Source of the DNA: Babesia bigemina
Taxonomy: Eukaryota
Length of the DNA stretch: 64,000 nucleotides
Assembly: GCF_000981445.1 (NCBI RefSeq)
Contig: NC_027217.1
Span: 372,001-436,000, forward strand
Direction: 5' to 3'
The notes under the pieces were generated by a model. That model saw only the letters and a program-made list of their open reading frames with translations. It had not been told where the DNA came from and made no database searches. The position numbers and the translations under genes are program-made. Positions 57,051-64,000 of this stretch are shown here, in pieces (positions within the stretch are counted from its first letter, which is position 1; each line of letters opens with the position of its first letter).

Positions 57051-57773
57051 CAAGGCGTAATATACGACACCGGCCCTCTCAATCTTACTCACAACCGCAC
57101 GTTGAGACCGCCGAGTTCTCTAAGGTGGTGTTGAAATCTCCTGGTTTCGACAATAGTTTTACGAATGATAGGCATAACATCAGGGCTATATTGTGGAGAG
57201 AATCCCAGACCATTGGCACGCATGTCAGCATCAGAGCAGTACCATCGTGGCTGAGTTGTTTGTGTATCTGTATGGCAAATGTACGTTATGTTCGAAGTCT
57301 GATATGTGGATGGCAAGTGTATGGAGGCGTGTTTATGAGATATGTTGGGTGACACTGGGTGATCGTCCGGCGTGATGCTCACTGGAAGGCCCAGGATTTG
57401 TGAACGACTATCCGAGACCCAACGTAGAATTTCAAATTTCTACGCGCCGCACAAAATTGTACAAATACATGTAGGCTCGATGGGTGCCATTCGTGTCTAA
57501 AATTTAAATAGACAACGGCTCGCGTTCCGCGCACTCCATGCCACATAACTTGTGTGCATATGGTTTACAAACGACAGTACAGTTGTCTCTGTGCTTGTAG
57601 GGCCCGCACATTTGGTGTACAGAAGGTTTCGGATATTTCAATTGAACACATTAGGAGGCAACAACACTGTTGTGCCGTTCGGCTGTTAAAAAAAGCTTTT
57701 TTGCACCAGCTTGTGAATAGGCACAGAATATATATAGGTGTATAAACGGCAGACTTTAAAGAATATCTTCAAA

Positions 57774-59090
57774 ATGGTGCACACCTCATTGACTGTCGCT
57801 CCTCAGGATTTCAAGGAGGGTATGGACTGGCTGATGGCCCTTAAGGGAGCTGATCCTGAAAACAACTTGAAGGCCATGGGCGCCGCCGTTTACGATCTTC
57901 TCAAAAGCAATGCTCTCGGGGTGGATGTGTTGGACGGTCTCAAAAAGGTACAGGGCGTTTCCCAGAAGTTCTTAGATCAAGAGGGTCTGAACAAACAGTT
58001 ATTTGTAAAAGAATTCTTGCAAAGGATCGCCATGCCTTTGAATAAAAAGTCCGACGTATTTGCTGATTGCCCGCATATAACTGCTGAAACCATCGCAGAG
58101 AACATAGGTGAAGTTGTCAACGGTTGTCATAAGTTTTTGGAGACGAGCAAAATCCCTACACAGTACGATTCTGCTTACAGTTCAGCAACGTGGGATGCAT
58201 CATGTTCGAAAAACCCGAAAGATTGTGCAGTGATGCTTGTAGGTATTGCGCCAATGTTATACACTGGCCTGCGTTCATTGCAGGTTGCGAGCCATGCTGC
58301 GGCCAGGAAAGAGTTGGGTCATGAGGCTAAGAAGCGTATGGACGAGGTATTAAATGCTGTTGGTTACACAAACACGAAGAGCCCAGACAAAATGGGCAGT
58401 TCAACTTTGTACCAGGCGTTGAATGATGTGGATGAGAAAGTGTTGTCCGTACTTCACGACCTCGCCGGTTTCTGGGCTTTCGATGTATGCGACAATAAAA
58501 AGGGTCTGAAAGTCAAACGCATTATGGAACCGAAGGATGTTAAATCCGTCGACCCTGAGGCCGAACCATCAGTTGACGGTGAAGGTGAACAGTATGTCAT
58601 TCCTGAGGCTGAACCAACCTTTGAAGGTGAAGGTGAACAGTCTGTCATCCCTGAGGCTGAACCAACCTTTGAAGGTGAAGGTGAACAGTCCGTGATCCCC
58701 GAGGCAGAGCCAACCTTCGAAGGTGAGGGTGAACAGTCTGTCATCCCTGAAGCTGAGCCAACCTTTGAAGGTGAAGGCGAGCAGTCCTTGATCCCTGAAG
58801 CTGAACCAACCTTTGACGGTGAAGGTGAGCAGTCTGTCATCCCTGAGGCTGAGCCATCTGTGGAACCCGCAGGTGAAGAGCCTGTTATCCCCGAAGCTGA
58901 GCCATCCGTTGAGCCTGTTAAACCTGAAGGTGATGAGGATACGAAAGCTGCAGGTAAAAACCCCGCAAAAATGGCTAAAGTGGCAAGGTCTGTAAAGGCC
59001 GCCAAGAAAGCTGCCAAGAAGGTTTCCAAGAAGGCCCGCCAGAAAAAGCAGAAGAAACATAAAAAGCAGCAGGAATCCACTGAGCAGTGA
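57774..59090 (+). CDS. Short ves(VESA)-like family protein with acidic 16-aa repeats and a Lys-rich tail
   Basis: MVHTSLTVAPQDFKEGMDWLMALKG..YDSAYSSATWDASCSKNPKDCAVMLVGIAPMLY..DLAGFWAF, then PEAEPTFEGEGEQSVI repeats and KAAKKAAKKVSKKARQKKQKK. Confidence 0.88.
   Translation: MVHTSLTVAPQDFKEGMDWLMALKGADPENNLKAMGAAVYDLLKSNALGVDVLDGLKKVQGVSQKFLDQEGLNKQLFVKEFLQRIAMPLNKKSDVFADCPHITAETIAENIGEVVNGCHKFLETSKIPTQYDSAYSSATWDASCSKNPKDCAVMLVGIAPMLYTGLRSLQVASHAAARKELGHEAKKRMDEVLNAVGYTNTKSPDKMGSSTLYQALNDVDEKVLSVLHDLAGFWAFDVCDNKKGLKVKRIMEPKDVKSVDPEAEPSVDGEGEQYVIPEAEPTFEGEGEQSVIPEAEPTFEGEGEQSVIPEAEPTFEGEGEQSVIPEAEPTFEGEGEQSLIPEAEPTFDGEGEQSVIPEAEPSVEPAGEEPVIPEAEPSVEPVKPEGDEDTKAAGKNPAKMAKVARSVKAAKKAAKKVSKKARQKKQKKHKKQQESTEQ
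58554..58916 (+). repeat. 48-bp coding tandem repeat, 7 full copies plus a partial copy
   Basis: Units start at 58554, 58602, 58650, 58698, 58746, 58794, 58842 and 58890. Differences among the central copies are mostly synonymous. Confidence 0.95.
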
Positions 59091-60665
59091 GTGGCAGTCT
59101 TACGACTACCCACCAGTCATTTGTAATTTAAAAATCTGGTGGTGGCCATCTTTGCACCTGCGATTTTAATCCACAATGCTGTCCGTCAAATGAGATCGAA
59201 TACGGTTCTCAGCGACACATGAATTGTATTTCTGAGAGAGTTTGACACTTCTACTTATAATGGCATGCTTGCAGCTTCGTAGAGACGACGAATGTTGTGC
59301 GGAGATTCGCAGTTCACATAATTTTTTGTGTACGTCAAAGTGTGCTCAAGTAGATGAGCGGTCAATATCGCCTGGCTTTGTTAAATGCCACGTCCGCCGC
59401 TGTTAAACAGACCACCCGATACTTTAGTGACGTCCTAACACACGTAGATTGTGTCACATGGCGACGCGGGCTTTGATCGTAACAACTCTCCTGTACATAC
59501 ATCGTGTTACTTCGTCTCAAAGGTTCAAAGACGTAAGCACCGCTTATTGTTGTGGATTCTGCATTAGTATACGTTACAAACAGTTTTACTGCTGTTCTCC
59601 GCAGATTGGATATACTCGGCAGTCTCAGACGTCAAAGGTATACAATTCAAGACGAAAGAGAACACGATGGCGCATTTTAACGATAAACACGCATAGCGCG
59701 TGAGAAAGACGTCTCCAGCTGACGAGGGAAGTTTGACTGACTAGGACTCAGCCATTTATACAACATATACAATTAAAAAAACGGAATAACAATCAGGTAA
59801 TGGTTATGCTTTTGTAAATTCATGGTAATAATTTTCTGTTGACGGTCTAACATCGATTGAGAGGATTTATTACGGCGCTGTGCATACAAACATTTAACGC
59901 GATTGAACCGGAACAATTTTTGTCTTGTTAATGCGTTCTATGATGTACGAGGTTTATTGATCATCCGATACGCAATGCTTGCCACCGACTGAACCACTCG
60001 GAGGCGTGCAAGGGTACTTCACTAGCAACAAATAGCATAGACATCATAAGGCAAACAGACGGGACCAACGTTTAAACACTCTGTATATTGCGATGCTGCT
60101 GCATTTTTAGAACGCTTCCCAACATCGCATAAATGTCGAAGTTCTGTAGTTCATTTCATTTGCACGTCGCGGAGGGGGCTTTAGGCATTATACCTTCGCA
60201 TTCTCATGTAACAGAACATAAATGTTCTGTTTTAACGCATCCGAAATTGTAGCAATGAACATGTCAATGCCGCATGTACCCCGATTACGCACCTTTTGTC
60301 TTTCTCATCTCGTGTGAAACCAAGCAGGTAGCGCGACGTACCGATGCAATCTGTCGAATGCATTTATGATCACATGTATAATGAAGTTAAATATGTTTTG
60401 CCTTGGCTCACTCTTGCTCATCGGGAGCACCAGCATGTGTTGTAGACACGTGGTTACCCACTGTGCAGGGCGCTGTTTACAGAATCTGGTTAAACGCTTT
60501 TCACATCCCTAACAAAGTTACGTAGCATTTATTATCATACAACATTTTAAAATACATCTCTGCTGCGGCAACTAAGGCATTTCATCCCCCGGCCGTCATT
60601 CACGCCGTCAGGCTAAGTTGTTTATCGCGCTACAGGGCTGTTTGTTTCGTGAGATTCAAGCAAAG

Positions 60666-61049
60666 ATGTCTACACAGGGAACATGTAATTGCGATAAGAG
60701 TTGTACTAATGGCGATTGTAAGTGCTGTGCGTGGTGTTGTGAGAAATGTAACGAAAACGCTAAATGCTGTGAGCCGTGCAAAACTACCAGAGGAAAAGAC
60801 CAGACTTGCAATATTAAGAAATGTAAAAGTTGTCAAAAGATCGGTTTGTGGAAGTGTGAATGTAAGTGTTGCAGAACAGGTAGGAGAAACATCTTTCTCA
60901 TTGTCAGCGGGGTTTTTATCGCAATGTTAGTATTCCTGCTTTCGTTCATCTGGTGTGTCATCATTAAGGAGTGGGGACCTTACTTAAAGGACGCAACTCA
61001 GTCGGTCACCCGACACTTCCAGAACGTCAGATCATTTACAAAACAGTAG
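60666..61049 (+). CDS. Cys/Lys-rich (metallothionein-like) single-TM microprotein, 127 aa
   Basis: MSTQGTCNCDKSC..CKCCAWCCEKC..CECKCC (19 Cys within residues 7-69), RTGRR, then TM IFLIVSGVFIAMLVFLLSFIWCVII. Confidence 0.75.
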   Translation: MSTQGTCNCDKSCTNGDCKCCAWCCEKCNENAKCCEPCKTTRGKDQTCNIKKCKSCQKIGLWKCECKCCRTGRRNIFLIVSGVFIAMLVFLLSFIWCVIIKEWGPYLKDATQSVTRHFQNVRSFTKQ

Positions 61050-61598
61050 ATAATGTATTCGACGTGTTTCGTCCGTGTTTTAGTGCCACGCACCATTTCA
61101 CGCTCCTAGTTTGTGGCCCTGGAAATGCTTTACGTAGTTTTCCAAACGCTCTTCCAGTGTCTGCAAATATCCACTCCAATAAGCAACCGTACCCTAGTCT
61201 GAATTGCATACGTTTGCTACTGCCTTTTTACGTGATGTCAATTTCATACGCCAAAATAACGACAATCGCCGTCGCGTGTCCACCTACCATAGATCTGCCG
61301 AAAATGAATCGACGAGAATGCACTTCTCTCGGAAAACTCATTTCCGCCTGTTTGCACGGTGGACCTTACGCGAAAATCTTATGGCATTGACGCGGTCTGC
61401 TCACGCTCCAGATAATGTTTGTTTTGAAACACGGCTTCACTACGGGGAAACATCGCCAACCATCGGCGTGAAATGGCCAGCGTCGTCACGCGAAGAATGG
61501 TTACCTTGATTTATGGTACCAAAATACAGGCTGACCCCAAATAGTACTATATTACGATTAGGAAATACAACTGTCATACTACAGTGACTTATTCAACA

Positions 61599-63959
61599 TT
61601 ATACCTGGTTTCGTGAAGATAACCTCTCGAACTTCATGCGCAAATCTTTCACGACCGGACCTCTACGGGGGGGAAGCGCGGAAGATTGGTCTTGGCGACT
61701 CGGCAGGTGGTCGGTGGTACCCAACAAACTATACATGGCTTCAACATTGCGTGCGTCCGAAGCCCGTTCACCACTGTCGCGAATGTCATACGTGTCGGCG
61801 GCTCGCTCTTTCATGTTGCCAGGATAGGTGGCGTGCAGCACGCAGCCCTTGGGCGTGGGATCCTCGGAAGAGCTCGGAGTGCTATTGCTGGGGCTTGGAG
61901 CCGGGGTGCCGGCCGCCTGGGTGTGCGGCGCGAAGTTGCCGTACTCGTCCACCATGTGACGCGAAACACGCGGCATGTCATAGCTGTGACGAGATGTGGC
62001 GCGCTCGGTCACGCATCTGCGGTACCGTGCGGACGCTGCTGCTTCAACCACCTTTTCCTGCTCTCCCGCCGCTCTGTCGATGAGGACGTTGTACAGCGGC
62101 ACCATCTTGAATGAAGCCGGTACCACGTACTTCGAGTAAGCGCGACTGCACTGTCCCCCCGCGAAGCGCAGTTCGCGGGTAAGCAAGTCAACGCAGAGGT
62201 ACTCATGCGTGACGGAATGCACGATGTGGACGTGGCTGTTGAACCGACGCGCCCCCGAGCGCCTGGAGCTCGTGGAAGGCGAGGTGTCCAGGATGAATGT
62301 GAAGTTGCCGTTATCCTGGAGGTCGGACTTCTTCAGGCCGCGCGTCTGCTCCACGCAGAACAGGTGCTCGTGACGCCCGTGGAACATGGAGCCGATGTTG
62401 CAATTGGAAGGGAAGCTGTCCTCTGGGATGATGAGACCCTGTGCAGTCGTGACCAGGGAGTGCATGTACTTTATGTGCACGTGCGGAGGTGAGTCATCCG
62501 ACTGCGGTTTTCGTGCCGTTGCGGACCCACTCCCAGCGCGATGAGACTGCGAATCCTCTGCATCCGTGCCTGTTGACCACGGCAGGCCCACGTAGTCTGC
62601 GAACGAGTTGAGCAAGCCATAGAGGTACCCGGAGGAACACTGCTCCGGCCGCAAACCTAGGTAATTCATCATGAGGTAACTCATCGACCCCTGCGACTCT
62701 GCAGATGGCTTTGTTAAGGAGACCTTGAAAAGTCCGACATCATTGCTAAGCACAATCTTCCCACTGTAGGCGCTACTCAAGGGGCAAACGTCGATGAACA
62801 ACGGGTCCTTAGACCGCACGCCAGGCGTGCTAAGCTTAAACGCATACAGCTTGGCGCCGCAGTTCAGCAACCGTTCCATTGTGCCACGATCGCAGCGTAT
62901 ACCGCGTGGCGACAGCGAGAAGCAGTCGAGGCTTGCGCCCGAAGGGTCAAGCACCTCCCTAGCATGGACGCTGCTGTTGCTGCGCAGCGGTCTCTGCTGA
63001 CTGACCGGCGTGCGCGCAGACGCGCTGCCAACAACATATATGTCCCTGCTGCTGTTTGCGATATCCTCATCACTCTCAACGTTCGTCTGCCCCTCGAACC
63101 GCACCGCCTTCACGCCAGAGTGCCGCACGATGTTCTCCGCCATACGGTCCCCCGCCACACGAAACGCTTCACGCTGATTCCAAATCTCGGTCACCTTGCT
63201 TTCCAGCTGGGCGTATAGCTGCTTGTAGTACGCCACCTCGTTAGACAACGCCTTCGCAAGATGGTGCTCATCCTGAGGGTGCTGTGCAGTGGCGCTCCCC
63301 AACATTGGATTCGAGCCCACCGCCGACTCCACCACAACCACGGTAGCAGCACTACTACGGTGCCCCGCGCGTCCTGCAGCTGCGTCGTCTAAAGTGCCAC
63401 TGTGGACCACATGACGGCCTGCGGACTGGTAGGATGGTGAAACGTATCCCGTGCCGTTATTGTCTTCGGCTGTTTGTTGCGGCGAGAATGCCTCCCCGGC
63501 ATTCATCGGAGTTGCGTCCGCGCTCAGCAGGTTCGGGTTATCGACCGAGTCGCGGTAGTGATCACCGATGTCGATAAAAAAGTTGGGAGAGTTTGGTGAA
63601 TTGGGCGTGCTCGCTCTGTCGCTTACCGGTGACACAGCAGGCGATCGCTCCGCTTCACCGTCACTCGCTTGCACTCGTTCCTCCATTTTATGAGCGCGTT
63701 TGATGTCGGCAGCATATCTGAGGTTTTGCGGTGGAGAGGGAGGCGAACTGGATCCGTGCTCAGCATCAGAAGGTGCTAAGCTTGTATCCACCTGCCGTTC
63801 CCTCTCTACCTCCTCCATGATTTCAGCCTCTGAAGACCCTCTCAATGGGCTTTCTTCGCCGGAAGCTGAGTCGCTCTCATACTCAATATCCATTTGTGCA
63901 TTGCGCGGAATCTCGTGCGCCCCGAAGCCGTCGGAAGGCCCCCGGTATTGGGACTCCAT
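61599..63959 (-). CDS. Hypothetical protein: disordered acidic N-terminus, short coiled coil, globular beta-rich domain
   Basis: Open frame of about 790 codons with first ATG at 63959. A GTGAGT donor-like site at about 63994 means upstream exons outside the window are possible. Confidence 0.75.
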   Translation of the reverse strand: MESQYRGPSDGFGAHEIPRNAQMDIEYESDSASGEESPLRGSSEAEIMEEVERERQVDTSLAPSDAEHGSSSPPSPPQNLRYAADIKRAHKMEERVQASDGEAERSPAVSPVSDRASTPNSPNSPNFFIDIGDHYRDSVDNPNLLSADATPMNAGEAFSPQQTAEDNNGTGYVSPSYQSAGRHVVHSGTLDDAAAGRAGHRSSAATVVVVESAVGSNPMLGSATAQHPQDEHHLAKALSNEVAYYKQLYAQLESKVTEIWNQREAFRVAGDRMAENIVRHSGVKAVRFEGQTNVESDEDIANSSRDIYVVGSASARTPVSQQRPLRSNSSVHAREVLDPSGASLDCFSLSPRGIRCDRGTMERLLNCGAKLYAFKLSTPGVRSKDPLFIDVCPLSSAYSGKIVLSNDVGLFKVSLTKPSAESQGSMSYLMMNYLGLRPEQCSSGYLYGLLNSFADYVGLPWSTGTDAEDSQSHRAGSGSATARKPQSDDSPPHVHIKYMHSLVTTAQGLIIPEDSFPSNCNIGSMFHGRHEHLFCVEQTRGLKKSDLQDNGNFTFILDTSPSTSSRRSGARRFNSHVHIVHSVTHEYLCVDLLTRELRFAGGQCSRAYSKYVVPASFKMVPLYNVLIDRAAGEQEKVVEAAASARYRRCVTERATSRHSYDMPRVSRHMVDEYGNFAPHTQAAGTPAPSPSNSTPSSSEDPTPKGCVLHATYPGNMKERAADTYDIRDSGERASDARNVEAMYSLLGTTDHLPSRQDQSSALPPRRGPVVKDLRMKFERLSSRNQV

Positions 63960-64000
63960 GACGGTCGTCACAGCACCAGGCAAGTCGTACTCACCGTTAA

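Larger units (their letters stand above)
52400..61550. other. Accessory island 2 (AT-richer, surface/exported gene families)
   Basis: Composition shifts right after the SMC2 stop. Contains 6-Cys, ves-like and Cys-rich TM genes. Boundaries are approximate. Confidence 0.7.

Noticed and set aside
58454..59113. Ser/Pro-rich repetitive minus-strand ORFs
   Set aside because: They are antisense readings of the 48-bp coding repeat.
1..64000. tRNA, rRNA, telomeric repeats, transposase or reverse-transcriptase genes, bacterial defence systems
   Set aside because: None were recognised by eye in intergenic or island regions. tRNAscan-SE and Rfam scans would be needed to exclude small RNAs formally.

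Overview
This is eukaryotic, gene-dense DNA with very short GT-AG introns (mostly about 35-45 nt). The gene content points to an apicomplexan piroplasm (Babesia-like): an ApiAP2 factor, PPKL, 6-Cys proteins and ves-like genes. The species cannot be determined from the sequence alone. A GC-rich core carries housekeeping genes: YL1/Vps72, NOC3, NIP7, an AP2-Sp/AP2-EXP-type ApiAP2, RPN2, PPKL, RPS3, a BK-like K+ channel, RNase Z, a Med4-like protein, COG6, an ApiCOX25-like protein, a 41-3-antigen-like protein, PP2C and SMC2. Two visibly AT-richer islands (about 35.0-41.2 kb and 52.4-61.5 kb) hold multigene-family genes and pseudogenes. Highlights: (1) a >1588-aa single-exon protein missing from the ORF track that appears to combine PH, C2-like, MCTP/reticulon-like hairpins and a DysF domain; (2) the two islands contain an inverted pair of '6-Cys then ves-like' cassettes; (3) three small spliced genes that the ORF track shows only as fragments; (4) a long structured intron in NIP7; (5) a membrane-anchored metallothionein-like microprotein. 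All family calls come from motif recognition by eye; no searches were run.
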